Origin: an uncultured Verrucomicrobia subdivision 3 bacterium
GTDB lineage: Bacteria; Verrucomicrobiota; Verrucomicrobiia; Limisphaerales; UBA11358
Reading direction: 5' to 3'
NCBI GenBank assembly: GCA_903888765.1
Contig: CAISVF010000481.1
Span: 1 to 63,541, forward strand
Length of the DNA: 63,541 nt
In this document: piece by piece, positions 18,164 through 28,008 of the stretch
How positions within the stretch are numbered: position 1 is the first letter of the stretch
How the letters are laid out: each line of letters opens with the position of its first letter
Program-made: the position numbers and the translations under genes
Notes under the pieces: generated by a model
Seen by the model: only the letters and a program-made list of their open reading frames with translations
What the model was told of the DNA's origin: nothing
The model's database searches: none

Positions 18164-19204
18164 ATGCAATTTTTGATTGGTATTGTCGTGCTCGGTTTCC
18201 TTTTGCCTGTGTTGCCGGTCGCGGCACAGACAAATCACGCCGACGTCTTGCTGTTCACCTATTTCCGCAATAACGGCGTGGACGGCGTTCATCTCGCGAT
18301 GACCACGAATGGCGTGGATTTTTTCGCGCTCAATGACGACAAAGCGATTTTCAAGCCGCCGCAGTGGCCGGGGCAAAATCTGACGCGCGACGCTTCGGTG
18401 CTTTATCATGACGGAAAGTTCCGCATGGTGTGGACTTCGGGATGGCAGGGGCGGATTTTTGGCTATGCCGAGTCTCAGGATCTTGTGCATTGGAGCGAGC
18501 CGCGCCAGGTGAAGTCGTTTCCTGATGACCTGCCCGCCGATGACCAGCCGGACAATGTCTGGGCGCCGGAAATTCACTTCGATCCGCTGAAGCAGGATTA
18601 TTTCATCCTGTTCTCCAGCACCACGCCGCGCGAGCGCAACAATAGCGACGACAGCAACAACAACGGCAAGCGCGGTTCAAAATACGACAATCGGATTTAC
18701 ATCACCCGCACGAAGGATTTTCAGACGTGGAGTGCGGCGAAAGTTTTTTATCCCTGCGACTTCGCTTCAATTGATGCCGTGATGCGGCGCGATGAGGCGA
18801 ATCACCGTTGGGTGATGGTGGTCAAATGTTCGCGTGACGAAAATCTGAAGCGGATGCCGGGCAGAAATCTTTGGCTGACGTTTGCAAACCTGGATTTGGA
18901 TAACCCCAATTTCACACCGTTGGAAGGGCCGATTGCCGGCAACCATTCACCGATGTTCAGTAATCCCGAACCGCGCAAGGCGATGGCCGAAGGACCATCG
19001 TTGTTGTGGTTGGATGATCATTGGCTGCTTGCGTGGGATGAGCCCGGTGGTGGCCGTGTGCAGCTCGCAACCTCGCCGGATTTAAAAACGTGGACATACC
19101 TCAAGTCGGCGAAGTTTCCGCCGCTCGCCCAGCATGGCACGTTGTTTCTTGCGCCACGACCAGTTGTTGGCTGGCTGATGCAAACAAGCGCCACCAAAAA
19201 ATAG
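18164..19204 (+). CDS. GH43-like beta-propeller hydrolase
   Basis: ATG at 18164 (MQFLIGIVVLGFLLPVLPVAAQ). TRDASVLYHDGKFRMVWTS and VWAPEIHFD resemble the GH43 catalytic Asp and WAPE regions. Confidence 0.55.
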   Translation: MQFLIGIVVLGFLLPVLPVAAQTNHADVLLFTYFRNNGVDGVHLAMTTNGVDFFALNDDKAIFKPPQWPGQNLTRDASVLYHDGKFRMVWTSGWQGRIFGYAESQDLVHWSEPRQVKSFPDDLPADDQPDNVWAPEIHFDPLKQDYFILFSSTTPRERNNSDDSNNNGKRGSKYDNRIYITRTKDFQTWSAAKVFYPCDFASIDAVMRRDEANHRWVMVVKCSRDENLKRMPGRNLWLTFANLDLDNPNFTPLEGPIAGNHSPMFSNPEPRKAMAEGPSLLWLDDHWLLAWDEPGGGRVQLATSPDLKTWTYLKSAKFPPLAQHGTLFLAPRPVVGWLMQTSATKK

Positions 19205-19206
19205 TT

Positions 19207-21114
19207 ATGACCTCGCGAAGCAAAATATTCATCCCGTTATGCCTGGCTGGTTGTTTGTTGTCGCTGTTGTCGCCGTGGGCGGGCGCGCAGGAGGACCGCA
19301 GGCCGGATTCCGGGCCGCCGGTCGTGCAGCCGATGGCTGGTGGCGGGCGCATTGATGGCAGGACTCCGGCGGAGCGGGCGGCGGCGCTGGTGCGCTACGC
19401 GGCGAAGCTGAAACCGAAGGATGAATTGTATCCGAAAGCTGCCGCGTCCGCCTACGCAGCGCGTCTGCTCTTAAATGTGGATACCAACTACGCGCTCACC
19501 AAGCTGGACGCCGCCGTGAGTTCGCGGTTGGAGATGGCGCGGAAGAAACTGGCGGGGAATCCGCTGAATCCGCCTGGGCTGGACCCATTCGACAAGGTAG
19601 TTTTGGTGCACACCTATTTCCTCGGCAAGGACAAGATTCCGCCAGCGACGGCGTTGAAAATTCGCGATTACTGCGAGCTTTACGCGCATAAAGTCTGGCG
19701 CGGCTACGGTGCGATGAATTACCGGTTGATGGAGGACGGCGCGGGCTTTCTTGCCGCCGAGGAATGGCCGGAACTGGTGGATGCGGACAAACTAAACGCA
19801 GATGAAATCAAGGCAGCCACGCGCGAAAGATTGTTCGGCTACTTCAATGAAATCTGCCGTCGCAACTTCGACGAATACGGCGCGCCGATTTATCTCGCGG
19901 TGGACCTGGACGCGGTAAAGATGCTCGCGGAGTTCACCCGCGATCCGGAAATGCGCAAGCGCGCTGCGCTCACGCTCGACGCGATGCTGGTCGACATTGC
20001 CTGCACTTGGAACCAAGGCTACAACGTCGGCTCGGCGTCGCGCGCGAAATATTGGTATTCCACCCAGACCAGTCCTGATTCGATGGGTTCAACGGCGGCT
20101 ACGGCGTGGATTTATTTTGGGGCGAACCGTCCGGTGTCGGGCACGGACTGGTTTTGGATGGCTCCGCGCGGCAACTATGAATTGCCCGAGCCGATCGTCC
20201 GCGTCGCGCAGGAGCGCGCGCAGCAGTTCACGCATTTGTCGTCCGTGCCGGCTTCCGGCAACGCGCAGGTGCATCGCATGACTTTTCACACACCGAGTTA
20301 CAGCCTCGCGAGCCAGTGGGATCACGCGCCGACGCCGACATCGGGGCTTTACAAGGAAGGCCGGCGCAACCTGCTCAAGTGGCTTTCGGACAAGCCGGTC
20401 TCGACGTTTTGCGTGTGCATGGAAAATCCGGCGCGTCCCTACCGCTTGCAGGAAAACCGCGCCAACAAACTCGGCTACGGCGAAAATCCGTTCAGCCAGT
20501 ATCTCCAGCAGGAAGGCACGCTCATCGGCATTTATGCTGTGCCGACCAAATTTCCCTACTGGAAACTTTACGCGCCGTTTACCACGGGAGGTGCGATGGT
20601 AAAACGCATTGAACGCGACGGCTGGATTTTCTGCCACAACGGTTCGATGCTGATGGGCTTTTATACCGTCCAGCCCCACCGTTGGGGCAAAAAGCAGATG
20701 GAAGATTGCGATTTGCTCTGGTGCGACGCGCGCACGAATGGCTGGGTGCTGGAAACCGCGGAATTAAAACCGTTCGCCGGCGGCGGGGTGGGCGCAGAGT
20801 TGGACCGGTTTGCCGGCGCAGTCCTCGCGAAAACGAAAGTGGATTCCAATGGTCTCACTGCCGCGAATCCGTGTTTGCGCTACATGTCACTCACCGGCCA
20901 CACGCTCGAACTGGCGTGGTTGCCGCACAAGGCGCGTTACGCCGGCCAATCGAAGGTGGACGGTGCGGTTGTGGATTATCCATCGTGGCCGGAATTGAAA
21001 AATCCATGGGTGTTCCAACAGACGAACAGCCCGAACCTCACCGTCACCATCGGAGGTGAAAAGCTGGAATACAATTTTGCCAATTGGACGCGCACACTTT
21101 CCAAACAACCATGA
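19207..21114 (+). CDS. Secreted protein of unknown function (635 aa)
   Basis: ATG at 19207 lies 2 nt after the upstream stop. Signal peptide MTSRSKIFIPLCLAGCLLSLLSPWAGAQ. No motif recognised. Its stop overlaps the next start (ATGA). Confidence 0.75.
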   Translation: MTSRSKIFIPLCLAGCLLSLLSPWAGAQEDRRPDSGPPVVQPMAGGGRIDGRTPAERAAALVRYAAKLKPKDELYPKAAASAYAARLLLNVDTNYALTKLDAAVSSRLEMARKKLAGNPLNPPGLDPFDKVVLVHTYFLGKDKIPPATALKIRDYCELYAHKVWRGYGAMNYRLMEDGAGFLAAEEWPELVDADKLNADEIKAATRERLFGYFNEICRRNFDEYGAPIYLAVDLDAVKMLAEFTRDPEMRKRAALTLDAMLVDIACTWNQGYNVGSASRAKYWYSTQTSPDSMGSTAATAWIYFGANRPVSGTDWFWMAPRGNYELPEPIVRVAQERAQQFTHLSSVPASGNAQVHRMTFHTPSYSLASQWDHAPTPTSGLYKEGRRNLLKWLSDKPVSTFCVCMENPARPYRLQENRANKLGYGENPFSQYLQQEGTLIGIYAVPTKFPYWKLYAPFTTGGAMVKRIERDGWIFCHNGSMLMGFYTVQPHRWGKKQMEDCDLLWCDARTNGWVLETAELKPFAGGGVGAELDRFAGAVLAKTKVDSNGLTAANPCLRYMSLTGHTLELAWLPHKARYAGQSKVDGAVVDYPSWPELKNPWVFQQTNSPNLTVTIGGEKLEYNFANWTRTLSKQP

Positions 21115-24100
21115 AAATCAACATCATCTTTTTTACATTGCTTCTCACCGCTCTGAAGCCAGTCGCTCTACTTGCCGGCGAACTTACATTCAGCGATCCG
21201 GCGAACGTCCCACCGCCACCGCCCGATTCGGTAGGTTTCGCCAATCGCGCGCCCGACCTTGACGCGCTTCCCGGTTTTCAAAAACCACCGCCTGGGTTCG
21301 GCACGGTGCCGTTCTACTGGTGGCTCGGTGATCCGTTGACCAAGGAGAGACTTGGCTGGGAGTTGAATCAGATGCGCGGCATGGGAGTTTCCGGCTTTCA
21401 GATCAATTACGCGCACTCTGACCAGGGTGGCCACAGCTACGGACTTACATATCCGAGTGATCCGCCGCTGTTTACCGAGGACTGGTGGAATCTCGCTGGC
21501 TGGTTCATGCAGGAGGCGAAGAAGCAGGACGCGGGCATGAGCCTGAGCGATTACACGCTCGGTTTCGGCCAGGGCTGGTGCGTGGATGAAATTTTGCGCG
21601 AGCATCCCGAAGTGCGCGGCATGCAACTCCACATGGACCAGGACGGCAAGGTCAGTGCCGAGACCGTGCCGTGGTCGTTGAACCCAATGCACCCAATGGC
21701 CGGCAAATGGTATGCGGAGAAATTCTTCGGCCAGTTCGAAAGGCGCTTTCCCGGCGAAGGCGGCAAGGGATTGAATTTCTTTTTTTCCGACGAATTACAG
21801 TTCGGCGTCAAGGGCTGGCTCTGGTCAAAGGAATTTCCCGGTGAATTCAAGAAGCGCAAAGGCTACGACATCACGCCGGAACTGCCCGCATTGTTCAAGG
21901 ACATCGGACCGCGCACACCGAAAATCCGGCTCGATTACAGCGACGTGATGGTGGCATTGAGCGAGGAGGGATTCTTCAAGCCGGTCTTTGACTGGCACCA
22001 GCAGCGCGGGATGATCATGGGCTGCGACCACGGCGGGCGCGGGCGAAACGTCATCGAGTTCGGCGACTATTTTCGAACGCAACGCTGGAACCAGGGGCCG
22101 GGCGCGGACCAGCCGAATCTCGGCAAGGATCTCATCAAGGCCAAGGTCGCGACGTCCATTGCGCATCTTTACGAACGTCCGCGCGTGTGGCTCGAAGGTT
22201 TTTATGGCAGCGGCTGGGGCACGACCTCGGCGGGATTTGTGGACGCGACGTTGCATGACTTTGTGATGGGATACAATTTGCTCGGCATCCACGGCATGTA
22301 TTACTCCACGCACGGTGGGTGGTGGGAATGGGCTGCGCCGGACAACACCTTCCGCATGCCCTACTGGCCATACTACCGCGGCTTCTTCGATTGCGTGCAG
22401 CGGCTCGGCTATCTGCTGAGTCAGGGCTGCCACCGCTGTGACGTGGCAATTCTCTATCCCGTGGCCGCCAAGGAATCCGGCATGGACGGCGACGCCGCAG
22501 TGAAAGCCGCGTTCGCCACGGCGGAAAATCTATACGGCGCGGGAATTGATTTTGACTTCATGGATTTTGAATCGCTCGCCCGTGCTCAGTCCACGAAAGC
22601 AGAATTGCAGGTGAGCGGCGAAAGTTACCGTGCGCTCGTCATTCCCTCCATGAAAGCGGTTCGCTTTTCCACGTTGCAAAAGGCGGTGGAATTTCAGCGG
22701 GCCGGCGGACTGGCCATCATGCTCGGCGCTTTGCCCGAGGCCAGCGACCGCATCGGACGCAATGATCCTGGGCTTGATGCACTGGTCGCGGAGTTGAAGA
22801 CGCGCGTCGCGCAGCCCGAGCAGGTCCGGGCGCTGGTTGAGAAATCCTTCCCGCGTGATTACACCGGGCCAGGCATCGTGCAGCATCGCAAAATTGGCCC
22901 GCGCGAGGTCTATGCGATTTACAACGCACCGAAAGACGCCGCGTGTGCTTTCCGCGCCACTGGCAAAGTGGAGCTGTGGGATCCATGGAACGGCACCGCC
23001 CGTCCGCTGGAAATCAAATCGCAGCGCGACGGCATCACCGAGCTCGCACTGCCGCTGACCGAGAAGGAAATTCAACTGGTTGTTTTCTCACCAGGCGAAC
23101 CGCAATTTGCCACCCAATCGGCAATCGGCAATCGGCAGTCGGCCATTCCTTTGGGCGGCGACTGGGAATTCGAATTGCAGCCGACACTCGACAACCGGTT
23201 CGGCGATTTCCGGTGGCCGCCGACGCCGACCAAGATCGGCGCGGAGATACGCCAGCTTTGGTATTGCGAAGGTGACAACACCAACGACCCGTGGCGTAAA
23301 GTCACCAGCTCGTTTGGCCCGCAGTTTCTCCAGTCCGCCAGCATGACACCCGGAGCGGATGCCAAACCGTATGAATTCTCCTGGCGCTGGGGGGTTGAAA
23401 ATGACCCTGGCCATCAGGGTTATCACGGCTTGAAGGCGGAGGTGCATGACGAGTTCATTGTCGTCGGCAAAGCCAAAACCAATGCGAAGCACATGCCCAA
23501 TGTCGTCAGCTACGAGGCTAATGGTGAATCGTTTTTTTCAACGACGGTCACCGCGCCGCGCAACATGACCGGCTATGCGCTCGTGGGATCGTTGAAGCCG
23601 GCGAAAGTCTGGCTCAACGGTGAAGTGGTCACCGGCGGCATTTTGAATCTGAAAGCCGGCGCCAACCCGCTGAAGCTCGAATATTCAAAACCCGGCCGCG
23701 CCTACTTCGTGGTGTCCGGCACGCCTGATGGGCCGCCGAAGCCGGAAGAAACTGTGCTGGAAAATGGCCAACCGAAATTCAAACCAAGTAATCTCGCAAT
23801 GACCTGGTGGACGAACGCGAATGTGCTGCCGTTCGATGTGCGCGCGAAAGAAAACAATCCGGTTGGCTGGTATCGCTTTCAATCGCCGCCCGGGCTGCGG
23901 TCATTCACGCTAAGCGCCCGTGGCAAGGTCCAAGCCTGGGCAGATGGAAAACTGCTCTCAGGCACGAATCGTTTCGTGGTGGCGAATCCCGCTGCCAAGC
24001 CCGCGACCGTTTTGCTGCGCATCGAGCAGGAACGCGGCTGCTACGGCGGCGCGGCTTTGTTGGAACCGATTCAACTCGATTGTGGAGTGGGCGAAATCGC

Positions 24101-24446
24101 GCCGGGGGACTGGTCGCAGAATGAAGGATTGGCATGTTATTCCGGCGGTGCGTGGTATCGAAAGGCCGTGACGCTTCCGGCCGCGAAGCAAGTGACGTTG
24201 GATTTGGGCGATCTGGTTTCATCTGCCGAAGTGCGGGTCAACGGCCAGTCCGGCGGCGTCCGCGTCGCGCCGCCGTGGACTTTTGACATCACTGAATTTG
24301 CGCGTCCCGGCGAAAACCGAATTGAAGTCTTCGTCTGCAACACGCTGGCAAATCATTACCTCACGGTTCCGACACAGTATCGCGGCTCGACCGTTTCTGG
24401 TTTGCTCGGCCCGGTGCGAATGGTCATTGAAAAGAAATCGGAGTAA
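21111..24446 (+). CDS. Large glycoside hydrolase, GH106-like (putative alpha-L-rhamnosidase) with C-terminal sugar-binding domains
   Basis: Signal peptide [57 protein letters not shown] resembles the GH106 barrel N-terminus. C-terminal [12 protein letters not shown] resembles the GH2-type sugar-binding module. The family call is tentative. Confidence 0.5.
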   Translation: MKINIIFFTLLLTALKPVALLAGELTFSDPANVPPPPPDSVGFANRAPDLDALPGFQKPPPGFGTVPFYWWLGDPLTKERLGWELNQMRGMGVSGFQINYAHSDQGGHSYGLTYPSDPPLFTEDWWNLAGWFMQEAKKQDAGMSLSDYTLGFGQGWCVDEILREHPEVRGMQLHMDQDGKVSAETVPWSLNPMHPMAGKWYAEKFFGQFERRFPGEGGKGLNFFFSDELQFGVKGWLWSKEFPGEFKKRKGYDITPELPALFKDIGPRTPKIRLDYSDVMVALSEEGFFKPVFDWHQQRGMIMGCDHGGRGRNVIEFGDYFRTQRWNQGPGADQPNLGKDLIKAKVATSIAHLYERPRVWLEGFYGSGWGTTSAGFVDATLHDFVMGYNLLGIHGMYYSTHGGWWEWAAPDNTFRMPYWPYYRGFFDCVQRLGYLLSQGCHRCDVAILYPVAAKESGMDGDAAVKAAFATAENLYGAGIDFDFMDFESLARAQSTKAELQVSGESYRALVIPSMKAVRFSTLQKAVEFQRAGGLAIMLGALPEASDRIGRNDPGLDALVAELKTRVAQPEQVRALVEKSFPRDYTGPGIVQHRKIGPREVYAIYNAPKDAACAFRATGKVELWDPWNGTARPLEIKSQRDGITELALPLTEKEIQLVVFSPGEPQFATQSAIGNRQSAIPLGGDWEFELQPTLDNRFGDFRWPPTPTKIGAEIRQLWYCEGDNTNDPWRKVTSSFGPQFLQSASMTPGADAKPYEFSWRWGVENDPGHQGYHGLKAEVHDEFIVVGKAKTNAKHMPNVVSYEANGESFFSTTVTAPRNMTGYALVGSLKPAKVWLNGEVVTGGILNLKAGANPLKLEYSKPGRAYFVVSGTPDGPPKPEETVLENGQPKFKPSNLAMTWWTNANVLPFDVRAKENNPVGWYRFQSPPGLRSFTLSARGKVQAWADGKLLSGTNRFVVANPAAKPATVLLRIEQERGCYGGAALLEPIQLDCGVGEIAPGDWSQNEGLACYSGGAWYRKAVTLPAAKQVTLDLGDLVSSAEVRVNGQSGGVRVAPPWTFDITEFARPGENRIEVFVCNTLANHYLTVPTQYRGSTVSGLLGPVRMVIEKKSE
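23116..23143 (+). repeat. Tandem heptamer AATCGGC x3 plus AGTCGGC inside a coding region
   Basis: 23116-23122, 23123-23129 and 23130-23136 are identical; 23137-23143 differs at one position. Encodes [11 protein letters not shown]. Confidence 0.8.
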
Positions 24447-24450
24447 ATCT

Positions 24451-26664
24451 ATGCGAAGAAACTTTGTAGTGATGTTTGTCGCGCTTATTGGAATATTTTC
24501 GGGACAGGCAGAGGGCCTGTTGCTCTGGTATGTGCAGCCAGCGAGGAACTGGCTGGAAGCGCTGCCCATTGGCAACGGCAGTCTCGGAGGCATGATTTTT
24601 GGCGGCACAACAAATGAACGTGTGCAGTTCAACGAGCAAACCCTTTGGCTCGGCAGCGAGACCGAGATGGGCAGCTACCAGCCGTTTGGTGACGTATTGG
24701 TTCAGTGGGCCCACGCCGGGCCGACAAATTATCGCCGGACGTTGGATTTGGCCGACGCGATTCATCGCGTGAGTTATCGCGATGGCGGCGTGGCGTTTCA
24801 ACGTGAGGCATTTTCGAGTTTTCCCGATCAAGTGATGGTCGATCGCTTCACGGCGGACCAACCGGGAAATTATTCCGGCACCATCCGGCTCACGGACATG
24901 CACCGGGGGCGGATCACGGCGGCGGGAAACAAAATTACTTCCGTCGGCACGCTGACGAATGGATTGAATTACGAGGCGCAACTGCTGGTCTTGAATGATG
25001 GCGGCACGCTGGCGGTGTCCGGAAATGAAATCGTTGTCAGCAAGGCAAACCGCGTGACGTTGCTGCTCGCAGCGGGAACTTCATTTGCCAATGACCCGAT
25101 GAATAACTGGCGCGGCGAGCCTCCGCATCAGCGCGTGACACAGCGGTTGGACGCGGCGGCAAAAAAATCCTTTGACGAGTTGCGCGCGGCGCATATCGCG
25201 GATTACCAGAAAATCTTTTCGCGCGTGAGCCTGAATCTTGGCGCCGGGAAAGTTGATTTACCGACGGATGTCCGGCTGGCCGCGCGGAAAGGAAACAGTT
25301 CCGATCCGGCGTTCGAGGCGTTGCTCTTTCAATATGGGCGCTATCTGCTGATCAGCAGTTCGCGTGCAGGCGGGCTGCCGGCGAATTTGCAGGGCATTTG
25401 GAATCAAGACCTCAAGCCCGCGTGGTATTCGGGCTACACGTCCGACATCAATATCGAGATGAATTACTGGCTCGCCGAGCCGACGGGGCTGGCCGAATGC
25501 ACGCCGCCGCTGTTTGCATGGCTGCACAATCTCGCGGTGACGAGCAAGCGCACGGCTGACCCTCGGATTCAGGCGCAGCGCGGCTGGTTTAATTACAGCA
25601 CCATCAATCCAATGGGCGGCGGCTCGAAATGGGGCGTCCACAAACCCGGCAGCGCCTGGCTAGCGCAGCATTTGTGGGAACATTATGCGTTTACCGGTGA
25701 TACCAATTTTCTGCGCACCGTCGCTTATCCGGCGATGAAGGACGTCGTGGGGTTTTGGGAAAGCGAATTGGTGGCCAATGCCAGCGGCAAATTGGTTTCG
25801 CCCGGTGGTTGGTCGCCCGAGCATGGGCCGGTGTTGAAGAATGGCAAAATTGTGATCCAAGAAGGAGACCGCACGCCGCATTCGGGTGTGAGCTACGACC
25901 AAGAAATTGTCTGGGACTTGTTTAATAATTTTGTCGAGGCATCCGCCGTGCTCGGAGTGGACCCGGCATACCGCGTAAAAATAATTTCACTGCGCGACCA
26001 ACTGTTCGTGCCGAAAATTGGCCGGTGGGGTCAACTTCAAGAATGGCAGGAAGACGTGGACGACTCGAAGGATCATCATCGGCACACGTCCCATTTGTTC
26101 GCCGTGCATCCGGGACGGCAGATCAGCCCGCTTACCACTCCGGAACTGGCCCAGGCCGCGAAAACCACGCTAAACGCACGCGGCGACGGCGGCACGGGTT
26201 GGAGTAAGGCATGGAAGATTTGCTTCTGGGCGCGCCTCGGTGATGGCGACCGCGCGCACAAACTGCTCGACGAGTTGCTGACGCCCGTCCCCGTCAGCAG
26301 AACCGGAATGGGGAGCACCGGTGGCGGAATTTATCCGAACCTGTTGGATGCCTGTCCGCCGTTTCAGATTGACGGCAACTTCGGTCTGGTGGCGGGCATG
26401 ACCGAAATGCTGATGCAAAGCCATTTGACACAAAACGGAAAGCAATTCATTCAACTTTTGCCCGCGCTGCCGTTGTCGTGGCCGGACGGCGAAGTGAAAG
26501 GCTTGCGTGCGCGTGGAGGCTTCGTGGTGGATATGGATTGGAAAAGTGGAAAGCTCGTGGCGTCAAAAATTTTTTCGTTGAACGGAACGCCGTGTGGGGT
26601 TCGTTACGGCAACAACCTTCGTGAATTGAAAATCGGCAAGGGGGAAACATTCATCTGGAAATGA
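24451..26664 (+). CDS. Alpha-L-fucosidase, GH95
   Basis: ATG at 24451. [44 protein letters not shown] is the classic GH95 N-terminus. 737 aa. Confidence 0.85.
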   Translation: MRRNFVVMFVALIGIFSGQAEGLLLWYVQPARNWLEALPIGNGSLGGMIFGGTTNERVQFNEQTLWLGSETEMGSYQPFGDVLVQWAHAGPTNYRRTLDLADAIHRVSYRDGGVAFQREAFSSFPDQVMVDRFTADQPGNYSGTIRLTDMHRGRITAAGNKITSVGTLTNGLNYEAQLLVLNDGGTLAVSGNEIVVSKANRVTLLLAAGTSFANDPMNNWRGEPPHQRVTQRLDAAAKKSFDELRAAHIADYQKIFSRVSLNLGAGKVDLPTDVRLAARKGNSSDPAFEALLFQYGRYLLISSSRAGGLPANLQGIWNQDLKPAWYSGYTSDINIEMNYWLAEPTGLAECTPPLFAWLHNLAVTSKRTADPRIQAQRGWFNYSTINPMGGGSKWGVHKPGSAWLAQHLWEHYAFTGDTNFLRTVAYPAMKDVVGFWESELVANASGKLVSPGGWSPEHGPVLKNGKIVIQEGDRTPHSGVSYDQEIVWDLFNNFVEASAVLGVDPAYRVKIISLRDQLFVPKIGRWGQLQEWQEDVDDSKDHHRHTSHLFAVHPGRQISPLTTPELAQAAKTTLNARGDGGTGWSKAWKICFWARLGDGDRAHKLLDELLTPVPVSRTGMGSTGGGIYPNLLDACPPFQIDGNFGLVAGMTEMLMQSHLTQNGKQFIQLLPALPLSWPDGEVKGLRARGGFVVDMDWKSGKLVASKIFSLNGTPCGVRYGNNLRELKIGKGETFIWK

Positions 26665-27566
26665 AACTGCCTTTGACGAGACTTGCATTCGCTTTTTTGC
26701 TGGCCGCCTCAATCTCGCAGGCGGCGGAGCAGAAGATTTATCGCATCCTGCCGGTGGGCGATTCCATCACCGAAGGCGGAAAAACTTTTTCCAACTATCG
26801 TTATCCGCTATGGGAAAAACTGCACGCGGCCGGCTATCTGGTGGAATTTGTCGGATCGCGTAGCAGCGAATCGCGTGTCGGGCCGTTGGTGCATGAAGGT
26901 CACGGCGGAAAAAATGCGGAGTTTCTGGCGGGAGCAGTGGGCGAATATTTTCGCACGAACACGGCGGACGTCGTTTTGATTCACGCCGGTCACAACCACA
27001 CGAACACCGAAGCGCCCGTGCCCGGCATCCTGGCGGCGACGGAAAAAATGATTCGCGCGGCGCGGGCCGCAAATCCTAAAATCATCGTGCTCGTGGCGCA
27101 GGTTATTCCGAGCGGCAAACTGCCAAAGTATGAATACATTCCCGAACTCAACAATGCACTTGCCCAGTTCGCTTTGCGGTTGGATACCGCGGAGTCGCCG
27201 GTGAAGATTGTGAACCAAGCCGAAGACTTCGACTGGCGCACGGATACAATAGACGACCACGTTCATCCCAACACGCGCGGCGCAGAGAAGATGGCGGCGA
27301 AGTGGTTCGCGGCGCTGACAAACGTGATAGCTGCGCCGGCGCAGACGTTTCATCCGAAAATCATCGAATACAAAAAGACCGGTCACGCCGTGCTCTTGCC
27401 ACACGGTTTTTCGCCGACGAATTCCGCGAGCAAGCCGCGTCCAGCGATTGCATTTTTCTTCGGTGGCGGCTGGACCTCGGAGACGCCAATTTTGTTTTAT
27501 CCCGAATGCGCGCACTTCGCGGCTAAGGGATTCGTCGAGCTGGAACCCGTAGCAAGTGCATTTTAA
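26661..27566 (+). CDS. SGNH/GDSL carbohydrate esterase fused to a truncated alpha/beta-hydrolase remnant
   Basis: SGNH blocks [18 protein letters not shown] and DDHVHPN. After about aa 215 a second domain begins ([15 protein letters not shown]-box-like with H to F) and stops about 25 codons later without a GxSxG. The start overlaps the GH95 stop. Confidence 0.8.
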   Translation: MKLPLTRLAFAFLLAASISQAAEQKIYRILPVGDSITEGGKTFSNYRYPLWEKLHAAGYLVEFVGSRSSESRVGPLVHEGHGGKNAEFLAGAVGEYFRTNTADVVLIHAGHNHTNTEAPVPGILAATEKMIRAARAANPKIIVLVAQVIPSGKLPKYEYIPELNNALAQFALRLDTAESPVKIVNQAEDFDWRTDTIDDHVHPNTRGAEKMAAKWFAALTNVIAAPAQTFHPKIIEYKKTGHAVLLPHGFSPTNSASKPRPAIAFFFGGGWTSETPILFYPECAHFAAKGFVELEPVASAF

Positions 27567-28008
27567 CCGCGTGGCCGACTGGGCAATTCGCGCGACCCCA
27601 GGCGGCAGCAGGAACTCGGGACATCGCAGATGGAACTTCGCACCTTGCTGCCCAGCAGGGTGTGTGACTGGTGCGTCTGTAAAAACAGTCATCTTCCACA
27701 AAAGCGGCGCGCGCATTTTCTAAAAATATTTGCGCAAAGTTGTCTATTTCCTTTTGCCCGGGTGTGTCATAGTCATCAGCATAATCGTCCCATTGAATGC
27801 ACCTGTTGAGCTTGCTTTGGGTTGATGCCTTAAGATGCGAAGCATGAACCATCATTCCGTTAAACCCGGTGTAAAGACGGCACACACCATTCGCTATATT
27901 GCGAAAATTGGGACAGTTGACGGTTAGTATGACCCATTCACGACGATACAAAATTTTACCACAAACACCTTAAAAATATTAACCGAAAAACCAAACCAGA
28001 CTAAACGT

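Noticed and set aside
27523-27951. 142-aa minus-strand ORF in the gap before the giant gene
   Set aside because: It has no recognisable motif, signal or RBS, overlaps the esterase 3' end, and lies in a region that looks like decayed esterase sequence. It is not excluded as a real gene, but it is unsupported.
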